A DNA stretch of 64,000 nucleotides from assembly GCA_020137815.1 (NCBI GenBank), contig CM035355.1:2480001-2544000 (forward strand), read 5' to 3'. Positions within the stretch are counted from its first letter, which is position 1. Each line of letters begins with the position of its first letter. Positions 20,618-42,256 of this stretch are shown piece after piece. The notes below the pieces were generated by a model. It saw only the letters and a list, made by a program, of their open reading frames with translations, did no database searches and was not told where the DNA came from. The position numbers were made by a program, and so were the translations under genes. The stretch is from Hormiphora californensis. Its lineage: Eukaryota; Animalia; Ctenophora.

Positions 20618-22887
20618 ACAGGGAATAACTGAGAGTAAGGACACTTGTGAGAGAGATATATTGAGTGGGTGAGAGTTAAAGAATGAGAGATTTTAATTTA
20701 TTATATCTGTATTATCATTGAGCGTCATCATTATGGATTTGCACTATCATTAGTTAAATACCACTCCCGCCCGTCCCATTAATTAGCTTGATCATTCAAA
20801 CCGTATCTTGTTTTTCATTTTATTTTCTATCGAATTTAGTTTGTTGTGAGATACATTATATACAACTCAGTGAGAGAGATAATCCCCAAGATGATAATGT
20901 GGTGTTATATTATATATATGTATATATACGCGTCAGTAAAGTAAGCAGGGTGTTATGACCTAGTAGTGTTATAGTAGTAGTTGTTTTTTGTGTTTCTATA
21001 GTTTGAGTACGCACGTAAACCAAATCTTACAGGCAATATATTCGTATTGTTTCTTGTGGTTTTTGGGTGTGCTATAATAACTAAAGGAGGACATGGGTCC
21101 AGGGGTTTTCAGGGTAGGATTAAAGTAGTTTTAGTTGGGTTATATTTGCACCTGTCCCAAATAATGATGATATATCTTAAAATCTCGATAATCTGACATG
21201 TTATAACATAGTATCAATGATAACTGTTTACTAAAAAACTTAATTCGCTGTTTTTATTGGTTTTTGGGGTGAAATGATGCAATGGTTGCTGGCTGTTGGT
21301 AGATTACACTACTAGAAATAGTGTATCTCTCTTTCTTATGTCCCCCTATTATAACCCATCGAATATACCCTATTATACAGTTCCCTACCCTCGTTATATT
21401 GTATATTATCCAGAACAGTACAGACACACACATTATATGTCAGATATGGTGCAGACGTTAGAACACTTGCTAGTGTATGTATCCCGGTATGCACGTCACT
21501 CCCTTCCTCGTGATTGGTCAATTCCGTGGCCACGTGTCTACTTTTCTACGCTTCGATTGGTCCACACACCGCTAATTGCATTGAGTGTTTCCGGAATGGA
21601 GAGAGGGGGAGAGAGTGAGTGAGAGACAGAGAGAGAGAGTACGCATAACACATAAGACGAAAAGAGAAATTGACCTCCACACTTGTGGCCGGTTATGGGA
21701 TATTTGGTTGACGAGAGATTGGAGATTAGGAAACAAGAAAGACAGGGAAAGAGAGAGAGGGAGAAAAAGAGAGAAAGACAGGGAAAGAGAGAGGGAGAAA
21801 GAAAGAAAGAGAGAAAATAGAGCGAGAGATAGGGAGAGAGATGTGATGCCCAATTTACGACCAGCTAGACCTAGCATAATGACTGTCCTCATGTCCGGCT
21901 GCTCATTTTAAGAGAAGTGCTTGTGTGAAAGGAATAAGAAGGTAGAATTAGATAGTTGTGAGTAGGAAGTGGTGGTATGTGATGCCGCTCTGCAATATAT
22001 ATTCTACCATGATACAGAACTCTAAATTTAGCGAGTTACAGCCATGCGCATCAATTACATACAGCAGTACAATGCCGGCGGCATATCTCTCTGATATACA
22101 CGCCATTACTTTATGATGTACAGACGAACAACTGGCCTAAAGATCTCACTGTCCTTCTATTCGCCTTTTTGTGTCTCTACCCGTCGTTAACTCGAGGAGA
22201 AAGAGAGGGAGAGGTAAGGGAGAGAATGAAAGGGAGAGAATGAGAGGTAAAGAGAAATGGAGGGCGGAGTGAAAGAGAGGTAGAGAAACTAAGAGAGGGC
22301 GGAGTGAAAGAGAGGTATAACAGGAGAGAGGTAGAGAGAAAGGGAGTAGTGTCTATGACGGAGCTATGTTCGGTCATGAATATGCAGCTTCCTGGTGGAC
22401 TGCAAAAATAACAACAGAATTGAGAAGGTAGAGAGAGAGAAATAGAGAGATAGAGAGATAGAGAGACAGAAAGAGTGAGATGAATAGACAGCATTGGCCG
22501 TTGAATATAGGTAGATTTAAATTAAGACATGGGCGGTAAGACATAAAATGGAAAAAAAGAGATGGATGGAATAATGAAACAACATCTCACTTTGGATTTA
22601 TAAAAATGTGATGATAAGGAGGACATGTTTCAACTTCATAAAACTCTTTATGCGAAATTTTAACATTTTCATCCCCCCCCCCGTGATGCCCTATAGGTTA
22701 TGATAACAAAAAATATAGCCCTGTTCAGTAATAATATGAGGGTTATTTGTTATGTCCTAACCCTTCTTTACATTTGTCACGGGGCGCTGGGAGAGAGGGT
22801 CTTATACCCGAGGATAAATCACGAGAAAAGAACGGGGGAATATTTGGAGAAAATGCGGCCTTTTCATATTCTCATTTTTTTTTCCTG

Positions 22888-22984
<97 letters not shown>

Positions 22985-23020
22985 ATCCCTCTCTATCCCC
23001 CTCTCTCCCTCTCTATATCT
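22888..23020. repeat. (CT)n microsatellite
   Basis: Direct reading of the sequence. Confidence 0.95.
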
Positions 23021-23321
23021 ATTGTCACGATAGTTTCTAATTTCCATGAGGTCCGTTTAGTGCGTTTTGTGAAATTACACAGTACACACAGCCCAGAGGG
23101 TGATAAAGGGGTCGAAGGGGAGTGCAGGGGTGTGAATCGACAACATATAATTCATCCTGCTCTCTTTCATTTATCAGATCTTCGTTTTATTTCTTTTCCT
23201 GAACGGCGTTTCGTTTCCTTGTGTGTCTGGATAACGCATACAGCACACCTTCATCTATACTAAGGAATGTGTTCTCTCCCTCTCTCTCTCCACCAGCTTC
23301 TGACTTCTGTCGTGTTGCTGG

Positions 23322-23323
<2 letters not shown>

Positions 23324-23412
<89 letters not shown>

Positions 23413-23432
23413 TAGAGGAGAGAGAGATAGAG

Positions 23433-23498
<66 letters not shown>
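23324..23498. repeat. (GA)n microsatellite
   Basis: Direct reading of the sequence. Confidence 0.95.
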
Positions 23499-23500
<2 letters not shown>

Positions 23501-25483
23501 ACGGAACATACACAATTTGATTAGCAGTGCGACACATAATGACAGTGCTAAAATAGCAAATGTTGCCTGGGAGGAGACACAGGAATGTACCGCCACTTTG
23601 ACCTTCACAGGAGGAAATTGGTTAGCTAAAAAGGCGAAGATGTGAGATTAAGTGAGGAGAATTAATGAATGTTTTATAAAATCTCGCGTGTTTGCACCAG
23701 ATCTCTATTTCCTAGAAGATCCTGCAGCTGGGTTGTGATACAATTGTGTCTCCTTAATAATAATTAATAACCACCAATTTGTTGGTCTGGCTTGCACATT
23801 TCGTCAACTAAACAACACACAATTGCGGGGTACCAATGTTGACATGATGGAACATTCTAATGTCATAGTGCAGGTTGATATAGTACGGACACAGTGTCAG
23901 GAGACTCATAGTACAGGGTGTCATAGTATATGCCGAACCCTTACAGAAATAAAATGCAGTGTGAGCTACAAAAAGTGTTGTAGTGACTACTGAGTACTGG
24001 ACGTGACCTCTCACTACCATTTGCACTACTGCTGTATCTCTGAAGTGTATCTGCAGTCCTGATTTTCTCTCCCGCCCCTCACTACACATTTCGCTCCCGA
24101 TCATTCAATCCCTTTCTCCGGTCTCCCGGCCTGTTGTCTCTACTTTTCATCCCCTCGCCCCCCCCCCCCCTCTCCCACGTTCATTGTTCATGAGATAGTT
24201 CCTACAGGATGCATGATAAAATGTGAGGGAGAGAGAGGGAGGGAGAGATTGAAAAAACAATGATCACTGCATGCAAACTGTGGAACTATAAACATGTTTT
24301 GTTAGTATTCAAAATGTGAGAAATACGGGGGAAGGAGTGATCTTTTAAAATAACAGTGAACAGTTGTTGGTCGGCTACACGCACGGTTGAAGAAGAGAGG
24401 AGAGGTAGAGAGAGATAGAGTGATAGAGAGAATGAGGGGGAGAAGAGACAGAAAGAGGGAGAGAGAAAGAGGGAGAGAGAAGGAGAAAGAAAAGAGATGA
24501 GAGGGGTTCATTCCTTGTAAAAAATGACACGTCATAATGAGCTGTTTCAACTCGTATGGGTTCATTTGGGGGACCAGCACAGATAAGAGTTTAAACTACC
24601 GTAATGCCAATGTTGACATGGTAAATATTTCTAGCCTGTGAAATAAGGAAGAACGGAGAAATAAAGTACATACCAGGGAATCCCTAAACTCAGAATAACT
24701 TTGTTGAAAATATAAAACTAAATGATAGTATCTACTGATGGAGGTCAGGAAGGGTGTATTTGCTTGTGGGTCACAATGTGACGGTATTGTTGATTTACAT
24801 GGTATGTGTGCGGTGGTATTTGCAGATAGTTCTGCGATTGTTATTTTAGTGGTAACTGCAGCACCTGTACAAACAGGGAAACCACATTCACAGTCTGCAC
24901 AACAGTATTTTACTAGCCACTCGGTTCGATTCGGATTGAATTTTAACCTGTTTTAATGAGGGGATACCGATATGCAATGCACTCTGCAGTGAGTGGTCAG
25001 TGGACCTCTTGTTGTTTTTCATTCTTGGCGGGACCGTGTCAAGTTTCCCTGCAGCTGCCGCTGTCCCCATGCGAGGGGGTCTACCCAAGGATTTGGGGAC
25101 GCGCGCTTTGGGAGAGTAGCAATGTCACTGTTTAGCAACTCTAGCTGAATGCGCGCCGCCAGAAATAGATATCTGACGGCGCGCGCACTTCCAGCCAAAT
25201 CAGCGCTGGTAAGGAACCAGGTTTTGAACTGTCTCAGGTTCCCTTGAACCTCTGGGGATCTCCCGAGGTGCAAGGGAGCCCGTAGTACGCTCAGATTGAG
25301 TCGGTACCGCCACAGAGACACCTCGAGAGATATCATATTTGACACTGACAGAATTCTGTCAGTGTCAAATATGCTATCTCTGTTCTGCAGAACAGACATG
25401 ACAAAATAGTTCATTATCTGACGGTGTCTGCCAGCGCCAAACAATGAGACAACCGATTTGCAGATTGCCAAAATACCAAACCT

Positions 25484-26306
25484 GGGGGGGGGGGGGGTCC
25501 AGCCCTAAAAAAAGCTAAAGGTACCCTGATTTTGTATTTGGTCGATTGCTTTTTTTATGTTGGCTTTTTTTAGCTTTTTTAGCCCTACTTTTTATGTTTT
25601 TCAGCATTCATCTTGACACATTTCCATTAAATTTTCATCCTTCCGGACGTCTATTGACTGCATTTGTCCATTTTCTGCACATTTTTTTACCATAATCTAC
25701 CGTTTACTGTCTGGCGGCGCCAGACCCCAATTTGATTCTCAAATTCCCTAATCTGAGCGCGCGACAGTGCGCTCAGATGGGTCGCGGCGCCAGACAGACC
25801 GTTTATGTCCATAAAGTCCATTTTTATTCAACTGTTCACCCCTCAACTCGTGCGCGTGCGATATTTTAATTTACGCTGCGCGTGCTACACGTTAACATGT
25901 GATAAACGCGCAAAACAATTCCGCGCACGACTTTGGGGGGTGAACAGTTGAAAAAAAATGGACATTACATAGCAATTTTTGTATCCACCCCTACTGCCAT
26001 TTTCTGGAGACATTTTTTCGATAAAAATATTATTCAAATTTGATAAAAATAGTTTTTAAAAAGTTCAAAAAACGTTATAAAACGTTATAATAAAAGTTTA
26101 AAAAATTTGGCGTCAGCGGGATTCGAACCTATATGAATCCACTAAAAACTCAATTTTAGCTTTTTTTAGCTTTTTTTAGCCTAAAAAAGCTAAAAAAAAG
26201 CTAAAAAAGCTGAAAAAGGCTAAAAAAGCTTAAAAAAGCTAAAAAAAAGCTAAAGGTACCCTGAATTTGGCCGATAGCTTAGCTTTTTTTAGGGCTGGAC
26301 CCCCCC
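25484..26306. mobile_element. Non-autonomous DNA transposon with poly-G termini and nested insertions (MULE- or hAT-like)
   Basis: TIRs G(n)TCCAGCCCTAAAAAAAGCTAA / TTAGCTTTTTTTAGGGCTGGAC(n); candidate TSD CCAAACCT at 25476-25483 and 26307-26314; subterminal (AAAAAAGCT)n. Confidence 0.75.
25707..25797. mobile_element. 91-bp CTGT...ACAG micro-element (subfamily GGCGCC)
   Basis: TIR CTGTCTGGCG/CGCCAGACAG; exact 8-bp TSD ACCGTTTA. Confidence 0.88.
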
Positions 26307-26471
26307 CCAAACCTTGCTTTGATTTCATTTCCAAATTCCGATCCAAGGCCAATTCACTAGAATTACTATTAGAACCTGGCAGACCTGACAGAGTAGAACC
26401 AAATAATTGCTGACATGGACAGTCAGGATAATTGTTACTGCTCAGGTTTCAATTTGAAATTCAAAGAAACA

Positions 26472-26565
26472 CTGTCAGGCCAATGCTCTGACCACAGTTC
26501 TCGCGCGCTCCGCGTGCAGAACATTTGAGAGAAATGAGAATAGGGTCAGGCCAATGCTCTGACAG
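26472..26565. mobile_element. 94-bp CTGT...ACAG micro-element (subfamily GTCAGGCCAATGCTCTGAC)
   Basis: Exact 8-bp TSD AAGAAACA; empty site present in arm A (~16081-16098). Confidence 0.88.
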
Positions 26566-26716
26566 AAGAAACACAGTTCTAAAGTTACTCAACAAGTGTT
26601 AAACGGTTGAATAAAAGTCATATATCATAAATCGGTTCAGTATAATAATTCCTCGTCAATGTGATAATCCCTTATCTCAATTATATAAACATGAGTAAAA
26701 ACAAAGTGCTAGGTTG

Positions 26717-27035
26717 GGCAAATATTCATTTGCTGCAGACTTCATCGGGTCGTCCGGACGGATACCCGTGCAGTAGACGACCCATACGGGCTCGAGACGG
26801 AGTCAGACGGGCTTGAAACGGGATTGAGACGAAATTTCTATTAGTGACGTTCAGACGTGCTTGAGACGGGTTTGGTTTCCGTCTGATTTCAGAGGTTCCG
26901 TCTGATTTCGTCCAACACCGTCTGATTTCGTCCAATTCCGTCTAACTCCGTTTCAACGGGTAGACGCCGTCCAGACGAAAAACCCGTTTAGACGGGTACC
27001 GTCTGGACGACGTCTGCGGCAAATGAATATTTGCC
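26717..27035. mobile_element. CGTCTAGACG-rich MITE
   Basis: TIRs GGCAAATATTCATTTGC / GCAAATGAATATTTGCC. Confidence 0.8.
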
Positions 27036-27307
27036 GAAAAGTTGTTTTGGGCACGTCGTTGGCATAACGCGTCATGCCAACGACTGTCGTCATGACGACA
27101 TGTCCCCAGTCTGTCATCTCGGTGCCAGTCACAGTTCACACCTAATTGTTCATAAATGCACTTGCAGGTTTCCGTTTAAATTCCGATAAAATTCTGTAAA
27201 ATAATGACTCTCAGTCTCTCTCCCCAAATCCGTCCGACTGCAAAGCTGCAGAATTACATTGTAATTTACAGGGAGGCTCCCGTCATATTGGCCGCCTTGG
27301 ACCCAAG

Positions 27308-37013
<9,706 letters not shown>

Positions 37014-37894
37014 ATTTCGTCAATCGTCTCCAAAATCTGCCTCTATCTTGTCCAGTGAAGCTGCTACAGCGGAACAAAAGAAGTTATATGAACTTGTTTA
37101 GTAAGGGGTATGAACTATGAACTATGAACGGAGGGGGAAGTCAAACTGTGCTTTTTTAGAGCTAAACAAACACTTTCAATTCCAAGGTTAGACATAAATG
37201 AAGAATTGATTGAATTTGGCGAGAATAGAAGCTTGGCCAAAAGATCTAATTTGTATTTGCAAGTTCCATTGGGGCACTAAATCATTATATATTTCAAGCT
37301 AGCTATCGCAAAGCGGCAAAGAGCTGCTATTGTAGAATTCAAGCTCACTCCAGGTGCACGAAAACAAGTTGGAATAATAGGCGGTAACAATTCAATGTAC
37401 AATGTTCCTTGCCTTGTTTTATAAAGTAAAACAAAAAAGGGTTTGAACAAAACAAGTATATAATGGATAGCCCGGATATCCTTGGATCAAAACAAATAAG
37501 TTGGTGAAGGTCCGTGCTTCTAACTTTTGTCATAAACTTGCACGTGCAATGCACGTTTCTGATTTTCAAACACATTACACAACATTGAGCATTTTCTATA
37601 GATCTATCATTTGCGATATAAAATGTAAAAGTTAAATCATAGACGTATAAAACACGATAGACTTGACTATAATATTAAGCATCGGCCCCTACAAATTGTA
37701 CAGCAGCAAGAGGGCAGTCGGTATGTGAATATTGTGTGGTTAATCCCTTGTATATTGTGATAGTGTAAAGACTGGAAGGAAGCAATGAAGCATTGGATGT
37801 GAGCAGAGAAAGTTTGTAGATGTCAATCAAAACACTCCCCAGCGGTTTGAGAGAGACAGAGAGAGAAGTGGAGACAGAAAAAGAGAGAGAAAGA

Positions 37895-37938
<44 letters not shown>

Positions 37939-38445
37939 CAGAGACAGAGAGGGATAGAGAGAGAAACAAAGAGGGGAGAGAGAGAGATAGATAAATATAG
38001 AGAGAATGTATGTGAAGAACACTTTGCAAGCAACCACAGCTTCCACGGCGGGCTATGTCACTAAACAAATATAACCTGGGAAGTGGGAGTCTCGTGAATT
38101 GCCCAATTGTGGAGGGGCCATGGCCTTATCATACTTATAGGCCTATTTTCGGCACATCACGCAGGGAATGAATACTACTGGATATTTCCAAGAATTCTGG
38201 GATATTAATTATGGGAGATTATTTTATTCAATCTTATCGGAAAATTAGGCAGAAATAATTTACAGGATTTAATCGCGTCGGAACTTAAACCATTTATGCC
38301 CAATGCCCATACCCCGCCCATACGGCATACTCGTATAATTATATTACCGGTAGCGTACTCTAAGTCTAACGCCTAACTTCAAGGCAGACTTTAGGTCTAA
38401 ATGCAAACCCTAAAACTACAGTTAGTCTTCCAACATGTGTCGTTG

Positions 38446-38518
38446 CTGTCTGGCGCCGCGACCCATCTGAGCGCACTGTCTGAATCAAATGGGGTCCGGG
38501 TATGGCGCCGCCATACAG
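38446..38518. mobile_element. 73-bp CTGT...ACAG micro-element
   Basis: Exact 8-bp TSD TGTCGTTG. Confidence 0.88.
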
Positions 38519-38648
38519 TGTCGTTGCGAGTTCGCGTATACCCTAGGACTAAGTTTTCGAGTAATTACTAAGACACTAAGTGTAGGAAGTTTTATTTTAA
38601 CCCCGATATATCGGTTACCCAGATTTACCGGCAAAATCCGGCAATGAA

Positions 38649-39078
38649 GCAAATGTTCATTTGTTGCAGACGTCGCCTAGAAGCCGTTCCACCGCCGTCT
38701 AGAAAGTACCAGTCTAGACGGATTTTGATCCAGAAGGGCTTGGGACGGAGTCAGAGGTCGTTGGAACGGGCCGTCTCAATACCGGCTCCATTCTCCAATA
38801 CCGACCCCAATTTGATTCCCAGTGCGCTCAGATAGGGTCGGGGCGCCAGACAGGTACCCCGTTCCAACGACGTCTGAACCCGTCTGAAGAACGTCTCTAG
38901 CTGTGATTGGTGGGCGTGACCTGAATGTACATGAGTCATGACCTAAACATTTCCGAGGCCCCTCACAGCTTCTGTATGGCGGCGCCATACCCCATTTGAT
39001 TCTCAAACAGTGCACTCAGATGGGTCACGGCGCCAGACAGCACAGCTTCTAGACGACGTCTGCGGCAAATGAACATTT
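38649..39078. mobile_element. CGTCTAGACG-rich MITE with nested micro-elements
   Basis: Degenerate TIRs GCAAATGTTCATTTG / CAAATGAACATTT; interior similar to 15603-15932. Confidence 0.65.
38972..39040. mobile_element. 69-bp CTGT...ACAG micro-element
   Basis: Exact 8-bp TSD CACAGCTT. Confidence 0.88.
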
Positions 39079-39515
39079 TTGGTACAAATACAATACGCAA
39101 TTTTGCTCGGTAAAATACGCAATTCTCTCCAAGGCAAATAACAATACGAGTAAGTGTTACACACCTAACCGGTGAGAACGGCTTAGCTGATCGGAAACTG
39201 AACTGGGAGTGCAAGTGAAAGCAACTCTCCCTCCGCAAGCAGCCAGGATCGAGGAATATTTTCTGTGCGCGGAGAAAGAGGTGCGCGGCTGACACCGGCG
39301 GTGAATACCTCAGATTCTCGCGCTCTTGTATTGGGAAAACCCCGTCTATAGACGACGTCCACAGTCCTGAAAATCAATGAGTTCGCCCAACACCGTCTGA
39401 TTTCGTCCAACTCCGTCTAAATGGGTAGAGACCACGACCGTTTCAGACGTCTAAACGGCACGTAAATTTAGACCGCCTAGTAGACGCAAAACTCGTTTAC
39501 TTCTGTTAGGCCAAT

Positions 39516-40518
39516 TAATAAGGGGATTTAACGACAATTTTTGCCCAAACCGGGAAAAAATGTGTAACAAGAGTTTTCCAACGCCATTGTACTCAGAATG
39601 GACCCCTCTAACGATCCCAACCAATGCTCAAATTGAGCAGAGGGTGCTAAGGCCTCATTTCCGGATGGGCGCGGTACCTGTGTTTTCAGCCTGAGGCCAA
39701 AGCCATAGGTACCCTTAAAATAGGAGTAGAGATAAAATCGAGGGCACTGAAGTGATCAGCGTCCTCGCATTAGTGGGGGTAGGTGCTGGAATTAAGTCTC
39801 TATCTCATCAGGTTAATTAGATAATTGGATAATTAGGTTTGCGCATAACCGTTTTTTGGCTATATGGCTATAGCCACTTTGGAATGGTTTAGAGACTTTT
39901 CATTGGTGCCATTTTGTAGGCAAAGCGAAGTTATGGGGGGGTCGACGTCGGACTTTTAAGCTCTATCTTCAACCGTTTAGCCGTTATTTGGCTTGAACGG
40001 TGTTCAAAATCGGGCTTTTTACCGTATTTTGCTAATTTGGAGCATCTTAAAAGCCAAATAACGGCTAAACGGTTGAAGATAGAGCTTAAAAGTCCGACGT
40101 CGACCCCCCATAACTTCGCTTTGCCTACAAAATGGCACCAATGAAAAGTCTCTAAACCAATCATAAGTGGCTATAACCATATAGCCAAAAAACGGTTATG
40201 CGCAAACCTAATTATCCAATTATCTAATTAACCTGATGAGATAGAGACTTAATTCCAGCACCTACCCCCACTAATGCGAGGACGCTGATCACTTTAGTGC
40301 CCTCGATTTTATCTCTACTCCTATTTTAAGGGTACCTATGGCTTTGGCCTCAGGCTGAAAACACAGGTACCGCGCCCACCCGGAAATGAGGCCTTAGCAC
40401 CCTCTGCTCAATTTGAGCATTGGTTGGGATCGTTAGAGGGGTCCATTCTGAGTACAATGGCGTTGGAAAACTCTTGTTACACATTTTTTCCCGGTCAAGC
40501 TGAAACATCCCCTTATTA
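39516..40518. mobile_element. ~1-kb foldback element with ~445-bp inverted arms and a ~55-bp loop
   Basis: Outer TIR TAATAAGGGGA/TCCCCTTATTA; inner arms 39549-39995 and 40051-40495. Removing the element plus one AAT restores the host micro-element motif GGCCAATGCTCTGACC, implying a 3-bp TSD. Confidence 0.85.
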
Positions 40519-40862
40519 AATGCTCTGACCACAGTTCTGAGAGAAATGATAATAGAGTCAGGCCAATGCTCAGACAGGTCTAGTGTCTACTTCTAGTTCT
40601 AGACAGGTGCCGTCGCGTCTGGACGACGTCGTCGGAATTGAATGCGGCAAATGCAAATGCCGATATTATGAAATCGTATCATTTCAGTTTAGAAAAATAA
40701 AATCGTTTTAGTTCTACAATTTGTAGAGTACAAAATAGTGTTTTTAGAAACTAAATTCCCAACAGGGTACCCTCTTTGCCTCACACCCACAGTCACAACT
40801 TCAAAAATAGAGTTCGAACTTGCTTCCGGGTGTTTATCAAACGTCCATTCCTCTCCAACAAA

Positions 40863-41966
40863 TCACATGATGGAACAACCCGACTTCTTCTTCTTCACAT
40901 TCTTCTTGAATTCTGACCTTGCCAGCACGTTACCCTGGGGGAGAGAGAAACATGTGATAAAGACCTTTCCTCCTAGTCCTATACTAGATAGTTATTCTGG
41001 TGGCGCCGTTCGTGACCCGATCTTAGCACACTGTCAGATTTGAGAATCAAAACGGGGTCAGATCACGTCAGGCGGCTACTACGAAGATTTAACTTTAAGG
41101 AAGGTAAAAACTAAAAACCAACCTGTGGGATATAATTGCAGCAGATGAATGCTTTGTCATTATCTTTTGCTATGGCCATGCCCATTTTAGTTGTATCTTT
41201 CCATACTAGCTGGGTGAAGTGTCCTGTTTTCTTGCTGAACCCTGGGAACCAGAAGCTGTACTTCTTTACCTCGTTGTACCTGGATAAGATAATTAACAAG
41301 AGTAGATCACTTGGTCATGGAGAGTTGTGAGCAGTGATATCGACCTGAATCAATATGGATTGATTGATTTGATAAAAGCCATTGGCGTGGAACCCCGCGC
41401 CGTTAGTGGACCCTACACTGACACGTACTGTCTGCCGCCGCCGACCCCATCTGAGAATCAAATGGGGGTATGGCGGATGTATAAACACTGATCATGCTAA
41501 ATATCAAACCGTATGACTGACATGAAAAATACACCTACCACGCATCAACTGCCTCCTGAGCCATTCCCTCATCAGTTTTCTTAAGGTTACCCCTCGTCAT
41601 GTAGTACGCCCAAATGTTCTCACCCATGTCCACAGCCCGCCTGAAACAAGAGCAATCATTTTGGTTTCTTATTGAACCGCATTTCGTTCCGTTTTTAACA
41701 AAATATCAGTCTCAGGGGTTCAAGTTCATTGTACTGAGCTAGCTGTCCTAGTTTTCAAATTGCAAGCAAGAGGTACAACAACCAACTACTTTAACATCTC
41801 TTGTTAATAACCTGTCTTGACTATGCCCGAAGGTGTTTGTCCTCAGCAGGTGGGCAGCCCAGTCCCTAGCATGGGCCTCACACTGGTGGTCCCAGGAGAG
41901 GGGCGGGGCTCTGTGCTGGGACCGATGGTGATTATGCCGGTCCAGCGACACCGACTTGAATGTCAT
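40863..41966 (-). CDS. CAP/SCP/PR-1 domain protein (GAPR-1/GLIPR2-like), 4 exons, ~161 aa, with C-terminal polybasic CaaX motif
   Basis: Exons 41966-41812, 41640-41539, 41279-41123, 40934-40863 give 486 nt in frame. Motifs: HNHHRSQHRAPPLSWD, GENIW, AVDAWYNEVKKY, TGHFTQLVWK, ICCNYIPQGNV; ends KKNVKKKKSGCSIM*. An acceptor-like site just upstream of the ATG allows an additional 5' exon. Confidence 0.9.
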
Positions 41967-42222
41967 TTCAGTTCCTCCCTTTTCTAAAAATGGGAGAATT
42001 TTATCGAATCTGGCCTGGCAAGAGCTTCAAAACTGTAACCAAAAGGAAACCTTTAAAAGTCACAAGTAAGTAACAAAGAGTAGCAAGGAAGAAGAATATA
42101 TTGGTGGGCAGGTAATTTAGCGGGGGAGAGGGAAGGAGACATATTATAATAGACATAGATAATCACCAACTAAACAAACTGTGACGCAATCACAATGTTA
42201 GGAAACTTCCTAGGATTTTCTT

Positions 42223-42256
<34 letters not shown>

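Noticed and set aside
23236-23253. GVLYAL as an ITIM motif
   Set aside because: Does not fit (I/V/L/S)xYxx(L/V), and the host gene is itself speculative.
21572-23524. (ER)n and (SL)n ORFs here and at 32611-33006, 37675-38068, 46477-46827, 54063-54272; (VCLF)n at 48814-49206
   Set aside because: Translations of microsatellites.
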